From the NCBI RefSeq assembly GCF_006345805.1, contig NC_043003.1:96844001-96908000 (forward strand): DNA of 64,000 bases, given 5' to 3'. Positions within the stretch are counted from its first letter, which is position 1. Every line of letters starts with the position of its first letter. This DNA is from Octopus sinensis (taxonomy: Eukaryota). The notes under the pieces are model-generated. The model did no database searches and was not told where the DNA came from. It saw only the letters and a list, made by a program, of their open reading frames with translations. The position numbers and the translations under genes are program-made. Positions 23,881-38,649 of this stretch are shown here, piece by piece.

Positions 23881-24566
23881 AATAAACAAATGCACAATTG
23901 TAGAAATGTAAATCCAGGTCGTTTGGTGAACAAATTCGCTTTACGTAGTTCTAGATTAGATGTGTGCGAATGGAATTGGTAAATGTATGTATACGGAAGT
24001 CCGTCAAATTTAACTTATTATTATTGGAGTAATAGGGTATGTACCAAACCATCGAGAGAATTATTCTGTAGAACAGAATGAACGACCTTTGGAAAAAGGT
24101 AATGGAGAAACCCCCTTTGAGAGCCACGAAAGCCTTACGAATGTTTCAATCAAATTTTTATTCTTGTGGTCAAAAGGAATATTCACAAAGCTTTCTTGGC
24201 ACATTTCGGTACCTATCCATTGCCCAACAGCTGTTTATAAAATGTTAAACATAAAATATAAAGAAATGTATACCGTTGCTGTTATGTTAAAAAGTCGTAT
24301 GTCCAAATTTGGCCAGATGCGTTTTCTTCAATATTTCTTTTCGGTTGCAATAGCTAGTTCTTTTGATCAAGCTATCGTATCCCCAGATGCTTCAGCTGCC
24401 AAGATATCAAAAATAGTCCAAATGTTGTACAACGGTTTTGCTATGAAATAGTGAAACTACTTTTTCGTTTTCTGAGAAAGGAACGTTTTGGACACTTTTG
24501 AATAATAGCAACGATACATACATAAGTACATACATACATGCATACATACGTACGTACGTACATACA

Positions 24567-24600
<34 letters not shown>

Positions 24601-25319
24601 CATACATACATACACATGCTTACATACATACATGCATACATACATACATGCATGCATGCATACATACATACATACATACATACATACATACATACATACA
24701 TACATACATACATACATACATACATACATACGTATGTGTATGTATGTGTTTATGAGTGTGTGCGTGTGTTTGTGTGCATGAGTGCGTGTGTGTGCATGTA
24801 TGTGTGTCTGTGTATGTGTGTGTGTGTGATTGTATTTGTGTATGTACCCTGCTACCGCTTGACAACGAGCATCAGTTTCTTTAAAAAGAGAAAGTAAGTA
24901 TTGGTGTCAATTTGTTCGACTAAACACTTCAAGGTGGCTGCAGGATGATCGCAGTCCAATGACTGAAACAAGTAAACAAGAAAAAACATATAAAGATATA
25001 TACAGAAACCAAATTGCAACAACAAATCTGTTTGAGACAACAAAATATTATGCGTTATGAAAGTCAGCTGTCGATTTGGCGATTTAATATTGATGTATTA
25101 AGAAAAATATAGGTGAAAGGGGACAACGATGGAAATTGCAAATTCAGTACCTCAAAGTACTCATTTAACTTCACACCCATTATTACTGGAGCTACTGTGT
25201 GTTTGTGTGTCTGTGTTTGTCGCCAAAATATGGTTGAATTTAGAGCAAAGAACATAGATCCATAACTCATACATCACCGATGATTTAAAGATTCATTATC
25301 AACTATTATTAAGTAAGGT

Positions 25320-25540
25320 CTAAGGCGACGGGCTGGTAGAATAGTTTGCACGCTGGGTGAGGATGCTTAGCGGCATGTCGTCTGTCCTCATGTCCTATGT
25401 TCAAATTCCACTGAGGTTGACTTTGCTTTTCATCTATTTGGGGGTCGATAAAATAAGTGCCTGTTGAGTACTGGGGCCGATGTAATCAACTATTCCTCTC
25501 TCTCAAACTTCAAGCCGTGTGCATATAGCAAAAAGGATTA
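25320..25540 (+). mobile_element. tRNA-derived SINE (family also at 38460-38640, 43085-43290, 44670-44850, 52290-52495, 59405-59770, 63655-63870)
   Basis: GGCGAGCTGGCAGAA..TTAGC..GAAATGCTTAGCGG..GTTCAAATTCCGCCGAGGTCGACTTTGCCTTTCATCCTTTCGGGGTCGAT. Confidence 0.75.
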
Positions 25541-26283
25541 AGTAAGGTCTTCATTGTGAAAGAACTTTTTACAATTGTTTTCTCCAAACATATTGCTTTT
25601 AAATAAGGACTTTTTAGATTTCTAACACAAAATACTCTGTGAGAGGAGTTGGGATCTTCTAATAGTAATCCTTTAACATCTACCTATAATTATTAATAAT
25701 CGGAGCATCTATTATTTGAACTTAAGATTTTTAATTTACCGAATCATTTTCACTCATAGAAAATACAAGTTTTGTTTCGACTTACGTATATCTTCATATC
25801 GTATTTTCCGATATACAAATCATACAGTATACATGTTAACATGTAGTGTAAACATTTAAACATAGTCACTATCTTTCCAAATCCCACTGCATTTGCATAC
25901 AATTTTTATGTCCTCCGAAATCGTCTCGGTGTGTAAAAGTCGGACTACAATTTTTAGCTGTAAATTTTGGTCCGTAATATTTTTTGTATGCCAGGAAATA
26001 TGATATATTTGCTTATATTTCCCTCAGTTTGTGTGTACAGGATAAACACCTGAAAATATTTATAAATTTTTGCAGTTCCAATTCATACTGAACAAGATTA
26101 TGGTGTTTTAATTGGGAACAGAAATTCCGCTACTTTTAAGACTCACGTTACATTTTTATTTCAACTATATGTTAGTTTCAGATATTGATATTAAAGATAA
26201 GAATCCAATTGAATATTATAAAATTATTAAGTAAATTAGAATCGACCTATAGGCAATACTGATTATATATATATATATATATA

Positions 26284-26323
<40 letters not shown>

Positions 26324-26359
26324 TATATATATATATATATATATATTATAATATATATA

Positions 26360-26415
<56 letters not shown>

Positions 26416-26511
26416 CTTAATATCGCTGACAAGGTCATAATTATTGTATAAAAGTTTAAAACTCAACCGATTGTATTAGAAAGTCATCAAAAATGAACAC
26501 ACACACACACA

Positions 26512-26575
<64 letters not shown>

Positions 26576-26829
26576 GGGCGACTTTCTAATAAAATTCACT
26601 GCCTTTTAAAACTTTTATACGATTCTATGCAGTTGTCAGCAATATTTTCTAACTACCCATAGGCATATGCATCTTCCATTTGTTATTTCGTGCTTGCATA
26701 CAAACATTCACTTTTATACATTAAGATGATTATCGTATAATATACTGCATTGAAAAATGACGTATTTTCTATGAATGAAGATTAATCTCTTAAATTAAAA
26801 ATCTTAAATGTTAATAATAGATGTTTCAA

Positions 26830-27120
26830 TTACACTGTGTAACGCGATTTTTGTCCTTGGGTAGTGAATGTTATTTCATATTTGTTTTCCCCTAGAAAGT
26901 ATGAAAGCTGGCTAATATTTCTTTCAGACTTTGCTTTTGTTACATTTATTCAAACTCCAAATATATCTTCTCAACATACGGCTATGATACTCTCCCACTA
27001 CTCCTGCTCATGATCTGTGATGCACATATGGTCAGCCACTAAGGGACATGCTCAAATGGTTATGGTCATAGAAATGACAAGCAACTCTGTGGTATTGAAC
27101 AGAATATTTGCTATAACGAC
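26830..27120 (-). mobile_element. Dispersed repeat, reverse copy of 51065-51340, next to a CACTGTGTAAC transposon-like terminus
   Basis: CAGCCACTAAGGGACATGCTCAA..TGACAAGCAA..CTGTGGTATTGA.CAGAATATTTGCT is the reverse complement of 51165-51310. Confidence 0.7.
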
Positions 27121-28467
27121 ATTTTTACTTCAGCAACTCAGCGCTGAATCTGCCTGAAATGTAATGGAAAATAGGTCAGTTTCGAAACATAGATGTCCAG
27201 GTTACTAAAGCAAAGTTTGAAGGGAATAGTAGTAATTTCCTTTGATTTCTAGAGAGAAGAAAATAGGAAATAACACTTACTGATCAAAGCGAGAGAAAAA
27301 AAAAAAACATAAATAAAGAAAATTGTTAGAGAATGTTATTAGTAAGTATCAAAGCCAGATATTAAAGGAAGCAGATTGCAATTAGAAGAATTCTGCTTCT
27401 CCTACGGAGAACTTCCTACTAAAATTTTGAATAGTATATTCTATAGGCATTGGGCTTGGCCTGGTTATGACTTTAAACTGCATCCAATTGTGGGACGCTG
27501 GTTCAGGAGTTCCAGGATTTCGAGGGGTGCGGAACCACCTTTTAGTTATTATTATTTTCAAGTCTACGGGCGCCGGATCTGCAAGGTCGTCACGTGATTT
27601 CGACGCCATCTGTCTCTTTGGTGGTAGACGACCGGTAGCTGCACACGTTTCAGAGCTCATGGCAGCGATATATGGAATTTCAGCAACTATTCAGGCTCTG
27701 AGCGCCTTAACAGTACACCCACGTTAAGATGGATATAAAAATTGCCTTTTGGTATTGATAGCGTTTCAGTCTTTAAAAATTATTTTTTAATAAGCCTGCT
27801 CTGGTTGTAAGAGACATCAGTGCCTGAATAGGCACTGAAACAAACTCCATTTCAGTTAAACATTTCAGCCAAACTGTGATATTTGACTGGTATACGTCTT
27901 GCTGTTCCGGCTCCCGTAACTGATGATTCTTGTTTGCCAGCAATATAATTATATGTACTTTTATGCATTATGCATCCATATGAAAGGTCCTTCCAAAGTA
28001 AATAGCATAGTATTTGGCGTTCCAATAGTAGATCTGCGTTAAGTTGGATACAAAGATTGCCTTTTGTTTATTCAATGTTTAACCTTTTAGCATCGGGATT
28101 ACCCTGTCAAACGTAATATTTATTCACATTTGTTTGAATTAGTCATGCATTACCTCGTAGCTTCAAGGTTTTGATCATGTAATAGTTTATGTTCAAAATA
28201 ACATTGTAGGAAAGGCATGAGAGATTGGATCTGGCCAGTTTGAACATAAAACAAGTAGAATACCTGGGATGGACTTAGCAGGTTCAAATGTAAAAGGATT
28301 AAGCATAATCTAAACTTAACACTCCCAGATGAAAATATTTACTCTTTATAATATTAAATAAAACTTTATTCAAACAAAAAAAAAAAGTATAAAAATCTAA
28401 CGCATTTCTAGGGCTTATATATATACGTATATATGGGCTAGAAATACATTAAATTTTAAGACATATA

Positions 28468-28765
28468 TCACGTGATCACGTGACCGACCAGGCTATCAGA
28501 TGTTGCTACACATCGCTTCGCATTGTTTTAGCCTTCAAACGACGCCACCCAGCTGGCTAAGCGAGCAGGCCAACAGAAGAAAGAGTGAGAGAAAGTTGTG
28601 GCGAAAGAGTACAGCAGGGATTGCCACCACCCCCTGCCAGAGCCTCGTGTTGAGCTTTAGTTGTTTTCGCTCAATAAACATTCACAACGCCCGGTCTGGG
28701 AATCGAAACCGCGATCCTACGACCGCGAGTCCGCTGCCCTAACCACTGGGCCACTGCGACTCCAC
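28468..28765 (-). mobile_element. tRNA-derived SINE (same head as 59771-60161, different tail)
   Basis: GTGGAG.CGCA.TGGCCCAGTGGTTAGGGCAGCGGACTCGCGGTCGTAGGATCGCGGTTTCGATTCCC has A/B boxes. Confidence 0.85.
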
Positions 28766-28786
28766 AAGACATACATACATATATTA

Positions 28787-28817
<31 letters not shown>

Positions 28818-28930
28818 ATAATATAGATATATATATTATTATATATAGATATATATATATATATAATATATATATATAATATTATATATATATATATATA
28901 TATATTATATATCTAATATATATATTATAT

Positions 28931-28973
<43 letters not shown>

Positions 28974-28977
28974 CTAT

Positions 28978-29009
<32 letters not shown>

Positions 29010-29022
29010 ATATTATATATAT

Positions 29023-29117
<95 letters not shown>

Positions 29118-29144
29118 TATATATATATATATACAAATATATAT

Positions 29145-30718
<1,574 letters not shown>

Positions 30719-31489
30719 GTATAATATATATATATAGATAGATAGATAATAGAGAGAAGAGAGAAGAGAGAGAGAGGGAGGCGGGGAGATAAAGAGAGGG
30801 AGAGTGTGGGTCTGAGAGAAAGAAAAAAACGAAATATTGGATTGTAATGAATACGTTGTGAGGAAAACGACAAAGAGGAAAGTGGGCAACAGCCAAAAAA
30901 GCCAAATAATTAAAATAACTTGAGCACGGACAAATATAGAGGGACTCAAATTTCAAATACTAAATGATGTTATTGCTGGCACCACATACTTCAAAAGTAC
31001 TGCACACGAAATATAATCCTATGTATTAAAAACGACACGTATATCAATAGCAGGTTCATCATCATCATCATCGTCATCATCGTCATCATCATCGTCATCA
31101 TCAACAGCATCAACAACAGCAACAACAGCAGCAGCAGCAGCAACTACAACCAGAATCTAATCGCATGTATGTAACCATATGTACATAGACTCATCAAAAT
31201 AAACCTTCTAATCTTGTGTTGCTTTAACTCATCACTCATGAGAGTAGTGAAGTTTATCGTATAATTATGGTTCGATTATGAATAGACGCGTGTGGTGAAC
31301 GACACTCAATTTAGAGGAAGGCTGTCGCTTGTACAATGTGTTCGTGAGCTAGTTTTGATTCTTTGTTGAAACTATCTTACTTTCATTATTCTAATAAACC
31401 TGTTTGGAAAAGACACTTATGGCACACTTCTTCGATGTAAATATTGGTCTTGTACTCAATAAAAAAAGTAAGCAATAACAAAACTTTCA

Positions 31490-33050
31490 CACTAGGGAAC
31501 AAAGATTTTGTGGCATTGATACAGGTACTACAGCTTACCTAATTTGGTTGTACTGAATTCAAATCTAAAGTCAGATTTTTCTCTATAAGCTACAGATTTT
31601 TTTGAAATTCAATCTTTTCATTCTTAACGAAATTTCGACACATTTTGCATAAATCTGTGATCCATCTTACGAATTTATGGTCATACTACCTTAAATTTCA
31701 ACACTATTTGAATTCATCACAATATACGCTTAAGTTTAAAATAAAGTCAAGAAACGACAAATGAAATAAGATTGCTCAAATTGTTCCTATTCTGGCAAAG
31801 ACTTTCGTTTGAAGCTTTTACTCTTATAGACTTTGTCAGGGTTATCTCGCTTGTTACTCCAGCAATAGTCCGCCATCATATGACTCTTCCATTATCCTTG
31901 ATAACGCTTTTTCGTCGTTATTAGGTCTTGATGGAGGCGTTATCTCTGATAATCATTTGCAACTCCAAGGTTCTCAGGGAAATGGTGAAGTTGACTATTC
32001 GTGAAATGAAGCTTGGCACACGATGCATCCAAGATCCGGAAAGCCTACATTTATGTTAGTAACCAAATCCTCATAGTTATCTGCATTTTCGCTACCAAGT
32101 AAGACATTTTTAATTACCACCACGAATGACAGCCACGCTGTCTTCTCAGTCATCTTTCAGACAATTTCCTCATCACATACAAGGGCATAAATTTGAGGTC
32201 CACCAAGTATAACCGATTTTATTTTCTCGAAAGACAAATCATGAAAAGCAGACACTACGCACTGAAAACATTCAGTCAGAACTCAATCCCTTGACAAACT
32301 GCTTCATGAAGCCAAGCTTAAGATGGAGTGGGGAGAAAATGATTTCTCGACTGGCGATCACAACGTTTGGCATACTAGTGGTCAGAGTTTCACAGACGGG
32401 TCACTCCTTTTGGGTCTAGTGTTTTCCTCGAATTCGACTGTCCCACATGCAGAGACAGCATGGTAACTTAATGAAACATTTCTGTAGCCTGAGCTGGATG
32501 TTGAAGTTAACTATTTTTAGGTCCAATCAAATGATCATGTTGTGCTCGTGATATTTGAGTAAATCAATGATCATTTATATGTCGTCATGGGTTTCTCGCA
32601 AATGCACTTAGTGGCTAAATGGAAGAGCGCTAAATACATTGCCATTATGCAAGAGAACACTCTTGAGGCTGCGCTTAGACCTATCAAAAATGAATCTCCA
32701 TTTTGTAGGGTTATATTAGGCAACCGTATGAAATGGTTTGGGATATAGCGGTAGTAAACAAATTACTTGTCTTCTGAAAAAGTTCACAAAAATCTGCTCC
32801 CGCGTTCTGAAATATGAGATTTTTGCAGGACTTTCAGGATTTTTTTTTCATTTAACCCAGAGGCTAATGGCTCCGCTGCTTTCTTGGAAAGTGCCAAATC
32901 ATGTGTAAAGTCAAACAGTTTCACCTGACTAAAACACTGAGGGGCTGATGATTGTTTGGTATTAGATGAGGACTCTTCGGAAACTGAGTCCTTCAAGCTT
33001 CTGATCAGATTTACAATGGAGGCATAACCATTAACTCATAGTTGAGTGCT
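31490..33050 (-). mobile_element. Decayed DNA transposon (Chapaev3/CMC-like transposase)
   Basis: FSQ..L.D...DLALSKKAAE.LAS.L.EK, LKSVLLHNGN, CMWDSR, SPLHLKLGFMKQFVK, RLHQD...KRYQG..MMADYCW; terminus CACTAGGGAAC at 31490. Superfamily assigned from memory. Confidence 0.7.
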
Positions 33051-33234
33051 TGAGTAACACTTTATAGCTTCACTGGAACCTTGTTACTCAAACACTCAAC
33101 TATGTTTCTACTGCATCTTGTAGCAGGAACAGCTGTATGCTAATGGAATCAGAAGATACTCATCTATTCGTTTGTCATTTTGTTTTCTGATACACCACAC
33201 AAACACACACACACACACACGTATATATATAGGA

Positions 33235-33385
33235 AGCTTCTTTAAATGTCTGTCTAACGAATCCACTCACAAGGCTTTGATCAGACCGAGGCTATAGCAG
33301 AAGACACATTCCCGTGGTGCTGTGCAGTGGGACTGAACCAAAAACCATGTGGTTGGAAAGCAATCTTCTTACCTCACAGCCACAC
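33235..33385 (-). mobile_element. tRNA-derived SINE
   Basis: CCACTCACAAGGCTTTG..GGCTATAGCAGAAGACAC..GCAGTGGGACTGAACC..CACAGCCAC. Confidence 0.7.
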
Positions 33386-33874
33386 GTGATTTTTTGACCT
33401 AAGCAGAAAAGAAACAGTTTAAGAGGATAGGAATATAATGTATACATGGCTGCTAGCGGTTATTGATTCTCCATAACAGAGGCAGCTCATTTGGAACTTA
33501 GCTATCCAGGCTACGACGACAACCACGTGGTAATCTCGTGATTTTTAGTTATATTCATGTTACGTGCTTCCTGGAAACTAAACGGCGGCTGTTGTTAAAG
33601 TCATTCTTATTGCTTTTGTTATTGTTAATATTGCACTTGTATTTCTTTTGCTGTTATTATTCACACCATTTAATCTGATGGCCTGGCACAGTGCGTGACT
33701 GGACCACGATTCGGATAGTCACGCACTATTCAGATAGTCACCACTTGTGGTAGTAAAGGTATTGTTTAAATATTTTAAACACAAGAGGCAATATTGCCAG
33801 CTTACTGAACTGAAGTAGCATTGTCTGAAAAGATGATTTTCCCATATATAATATATATATATATATATATTAAT

Positions 33875-33943
<69 letters not shown>

Positions 33944-33944
33944 G

Positions 33945-33976
<32 letters not shown>

Positions 33977-34140
33977 TGTATGTATGCATGTATGCATGTG
34001 TGTATGTATGTATCTATGTATGTATACATGTGTGTATGTATGTATATATACACACACGCACACGCATTCATACATATATATGTATATAATATATACGCGT
34101 TTATTCATATGTGCACTTGAACATACACACTTATTCATGC

Positions 34141-34184
<44 letters not shown>

Positions 34185-34573
34185 TATATTATATATATAA
34201 TATTATATATACATATATATATATATATACATACATACATACACCTTTATATATATGTATATATACACACAAGCACATACGTGTGTGTGAGTGTAAATAT
34301 ACATACATATATACAAACACCACCATATATATATATACATATGTTCATATGTATATGTGTGTATATATATATGTGTGTATGTATATAATTATATATACTT
34401 CTATTAATTTAATATTTAAGTAACAACAAAATAGTCATGAATATAATAATAAATTTATCAATAAAATCAGTTAGAAGTGTTTTTCATGTACACATTATTT
34501 TGGCTTCTTTAAAAGTATTAAGCAACCCAACATGATATTGATTTTTATCGTGATCAACATCATGATCATCATC

Positions 34574-34649
<76 letters not shown>

Positions 34650-34966
34650 TTATTGGTAATATCACTAATTTCAAAAGTCAAACTCGTATCGTTGCTTCTT
34701 TCAAGTTTTTAAGAAACGTCTTGAAACTTATTGGTCTTTAGACGTGAACATATAATATAAACATTTTGTATATATGTGTGTATATTGGATAATATATTTG
34801 ACTATGTCTTCTTATGATATGATCCTTGACTAAGAGATTATGACGAGTTTGCTGTATAGGGAACATTATGTTTGTCTCACTGTACGTATTACCACTCATA
34901 ATATTCTAGATGAGACAATACAATCGAAAGTGAGAGATGTGCTTAAAAAAACATGAGAGAAAGGTA

Positions 34967-35019
<53 letters not shown>

Positions 35020-35080
35020 GAGTAAACACATAATGTGAAACAGGTGGAAAAAGAGTACTCAAATACCAGTGGTAGAGTAA

Positions 35081-35210
35081 TATGCTTTATTTAAAGCAGC
35101 AGAAATTCAACAAAACCTGTTACTCTGAGTTTCCCGTTGCCGTTCATGATGAACGGCAACGGAAACTCAGAGTAACAGGTTTTGTTGAATTTTCTGCTGC
35201 TTTAAATAAA

Positions 35211-35213
<3 letters not shown>
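35081..35213. repeat. Near-perfect ~130-bp palindrome in (TA)n (Penelope-like pLTR fold-back)
   Basis: CTTTATTTAAAGCAGCAG...GCCGTTCAT|GATGAACGGC...CTGCTGCTTTAAATAAAG. Arm carries GAAAC[TCAGA]GTA, a hammerhead 3' half. Confidence 0.8.
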
Positions 35214-35254
<41 letters not shown>

Positions 35255-35258
<4 letters not shown>

Positions 35259-35585
35259 GCTTCGGTCATGACTGACCGTGGGATTACACCTAGAAGTTAC
35301 CTTCCAGGTACAAGTCCGGCAAGGTTGTTTTATGGAAGACCAGCGGTCGCCCATGCATACCGGTCTCCCCTCTCCACGCCACCAGTGCTATCAAAGGGAG
35401 AGGCAACAGCAGATACAGCTTGGCACCTGTGACGTCGCAACTCATTTCTACAGCTGAGTGGACTGGAGCAAAGTGAAATAAAGTGTCTTGCTCAAGAACA
35501 CAACGCGCAGCCTGGTTCGGAATTTGAACTCACAACCTTACGATCGTAAGCTCGACGCTCTAACCAAGGAGCCATGCACCTTCAC
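35255..35585 (-). mobile_element. tRNA-derived SINE
   Basis: Minus head GGTGCATGGCTC.TTGGTTAGAGCGTCGAGCTTACGATCGTAAGGTTGTGAGTTCAAATTCC. Confidence 0.8.
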
Positions 35586-35590
35586 TATAT

Positions 35591-35621
<31 letters not shown>

Positions 35622-35691
35622 GTAGGTCCCGGTTTGATCCGGGGTTAACCACAGTAAGTAGGTACTCAATACATAGTAGAGTAAAATAATT

Positions 35692-35833
35692 ATTTATTAT
35701 ATAGAAGGAGCTTCTACAGGACTAGTACTGTTTTCATTCAAGAGAAATCTTCAGGAAGCTCTTCAGTGCTTCCTGAAGATTTCTCTTGAATGAAACAGTA
35801 CTAGTCCTGTAGAAGCTCCTTCTATATAATAAA

Positions 35834-35835
<2 letters not shown>
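35692..35835. repeat. ~140-bp palindrome in (TA)n with hammerhead-like core in each arm
   Basis: ATTTATTATATAGAAGGAGC...CAGGAAGC[TCTTCAGT]GCTTCCTG...GCTCCTTCTATATAATAAAT; CTGAAGA..GAAAC.GTA. Confidence 0.8.
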
Positions 35836-35882
<47 letters not shown>

Positions 35883-35936
35883 TTGTGTGTGTGGTGTGTG
35901 TGTGCGCACACACATACACACACACACTTAGAGATA

Positions 35937-36428
35937 CAGGGTGTTCGAGCTAAACTGAATGATTTTTTCTTTTTTTTTCAGCTTGATCTATTGGTGAACA
36001 GTCAACGTCTTTGGCGATCGTAATGATAAAAGTCAGCTGGTATAGAGGACTAGAAGCCATCTAAATATTGGAAAAATGTTATTTGTATCATGATGATTCG
36101 CGCCGGGCATCAAAATGCCAACATTATGACAGCTGTTGTATGCTATGAAAAAGACTGTAAAGACATGGCATAGGTACCATGAGAATCAAGTTACCCCCAA
36201 GCTGCGATGACCTTTTGGGTGTGTCTCCAGTGAGGGTGACCTCATATAGCCCTACACGTTTGAACAGAACTTTAGGATCAATTCAGACGGTTATGTGAAG
36301 TTCCTGGAGATTGCGGTCAAACTCTGGCTAGAGAGGGTTGCTGCTGGAAGGTCATTTGTGAGGTAGCTCCTTGCCATACATCCGGAAAGAGTCACAAGTG
36401 GTTATCGGAGAAGTTCTACAACTTCACC
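35937..36428 (+). mobile_element. Tc1/mariner (maT/DD37D-like) transposon remnant
   Basis: TA|CAGGGTG terminus; translation ..VSSEGD..P..F..RINSDGYVKFLE..VKLWLERVAAGR..APCHTSGKSHKWLSE.FYNF. Confidence 0.7.
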
Positions 36429-37120
36429 ATACATACATTCATAGATACATACAAGCATACATACATACATATATACATACATACATACATACATATATAC
36501 ATACATATATACATACATACATACATACATACATACATACATGCATAAATACATGCTTGCTTACTTGCATACATAATACATACATACATACATGCAGACA
36601 TATGTACAAACATGCATACATCAATTGCACTTGCTTTGCCGAAATCCAAAATAGGCGTATTTCTTCGAAATGATATCGAAGAGAAGATATGCATTACGTA
36701 TATATATTTATGATGTAGCTCGCACGGTTCTTTCAGTACATATTATTGCTACATAATTATGCATTCTTTTAGCGATCTCATTGATGAACCACAGATGACA
36801 AATTAATTTATTTGCTCATTAATAAGGAAACTCGAGTATGAGATTAACTAAAAATAATAATTCCTTCCCTTCTAGTGCTTTATCGGCGTGCCTTTTAAAT
36901 TATTTTTCCGTGGTTGGGTTTAACTGCTCTTTCATGCATGTAAGAAGTCCTGCCAGAGCTCTTCTCTTTGTGTGTATATACCTGTATACGCTTTATATAT
37001 GAAAGTATATATATATTGTTGTATCTCAAGAATGTCATTTCTTTTTGACAAATAAACACACGCACATATATTTTTTCTTCACTTGTTTATTACTGTTTTT
37101 TATTTATTTATTATTTATTT

Positions 37121-37225
37121 ATCATTTTAACTCATATCCATCGTCCGGAAATCTTTCGTCACACATCTGTGACCTCTTCAGCGACACTTTTCGTTGAGGG
37201 AAAGCCACACTGCTGCTAAAACTAT

Positions 37226-37279
<54 letters not shown>

Positions 37280-37440
37280 AACAAGGACACAAACGCATGC
37301 GCACATAAAGATACACATCTTAGAAGAAGAGAATGGAGTAAAGTGGAGCAACAACACACACGAAAACGAAAAGTGTTGCTGAAGAGGTTACAGATGTGTG
37401 ACGAAAGATTTCCGGACAATGGACATGAGTTAAAATGATA
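37121..37440. mobile_element. Small inverted-repeat element with hammerhead-like arms
   Basis: 37121-37194 is the reverse complement of 37366-37440; CTGAAGAG-GTYAC[AGATGT]GTGAC-GAAAGATTTC. Confidence 0.6.
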
Positions 37441-37596
37441 AAATAAGAACAGTAATAAACGAGCAAAGCAAAACTATACAGTGCGTGTGTTTATTTAGAA
37501 AAAATTGACCGTCCCGAAATATAACATTATCTGTTTCAACACACGATTTCACATCAGGAATCATGTAAAACGAATTGATAAACGTAATATATATAT

Positions 37597-37701
<105 letters not shown>

Positions 37702-37706
37702 AATAT

Positions 37707-37786
<80 letters not shown>

Positions 37787-37837
37787 ATACATACATACAT
37801 ATATATATATGTATGCGTGAATGTGTTTTGTGTATGC

Positions 37838-37869
<32 letters not shown>

Positions 37870-37927
37870 CCATATATATATATAATATAATATTATGCAT
37901 ATATGTGTATATATATATATATATAAT

Positions 37928-37995
<68 letters not shown>

Positions 37996-38104
37996 ATACA
38001 GATATAGGGTGAAATATAATTAATTAAATAAAATCAACAAATTTCACCTAGTAGTATTTCGGTACGGAAAAGGACCATATTCGATAAAAATTTATATAAT
38101 TATA

Positions 38105-38420
38105 ATAATAAAGGTTTTTTGCAACAAGTTGCTTAAACCACATACCGAAAATTTTAGAAATAGCAGCCAAAAGACTACTATTTCCTTTTACTACAAAAAT
38201 AAGTCTCCACAGACAACAATATTTGTAACTCACATATGGCAAAAAAAGAAGAAAAATAATGAATAATATTTTTCTTCTTTTTTTTGCCATATATGAGTTA
38301 CAATTTGTTTTGTCTGTGGAGACTTATTTTTGTAGTAAAAGGAAATAGTAATCCTTTGGCTGCTATTTCTAAAATTTTCGGTATGTGGTTTAAGCAACTT
38401 GTTGCAAAAAACCCTTATTA
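38105..38420. repeat. ~310-bp fold-back palindrome between (TA)n tracts
   Basis: AAGGTTTTTTGCAACAAGTTGC...GGCAAAAAAAGAAGAAAAATA / TATTTTTCTTCTTTTTTTGCC...GCAACTTGTTGCAAAAAACCCTT. Confidence 0.85.
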
Positions 38421-38649
38421 CATATATAAATATATATATATATATATATAAATTATTTCAAATTTTGGCACAAGGCCAGCAATTTCGCGGGAGGAGTTAA
38501 GTCAATTACATCAACTAGTACTTATTTCATCGACCCCGAAAGGATGAAAGGCAAAGTCGATCTAGGCGGAATTTGATCTCCGAATGTGAAGATGGGTGAA
38601 TTGCCGCCAATCATTTTGCCCGGTTTGCCGCCTTGGCGTCGGGAGCGTA

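Noticed and set aside
24060-24490. Possible piggyBac C-terminal remnant or receptor exon on minus strand
   Set aside because: Stops in frame and similarity too vague to support without a search.
27376-27727. GC-richer overlapping ORFs as a host exon
   Set aside because: Overlaps a dispersed repeat (reverse match near 22945-23035); no recognisable protein.
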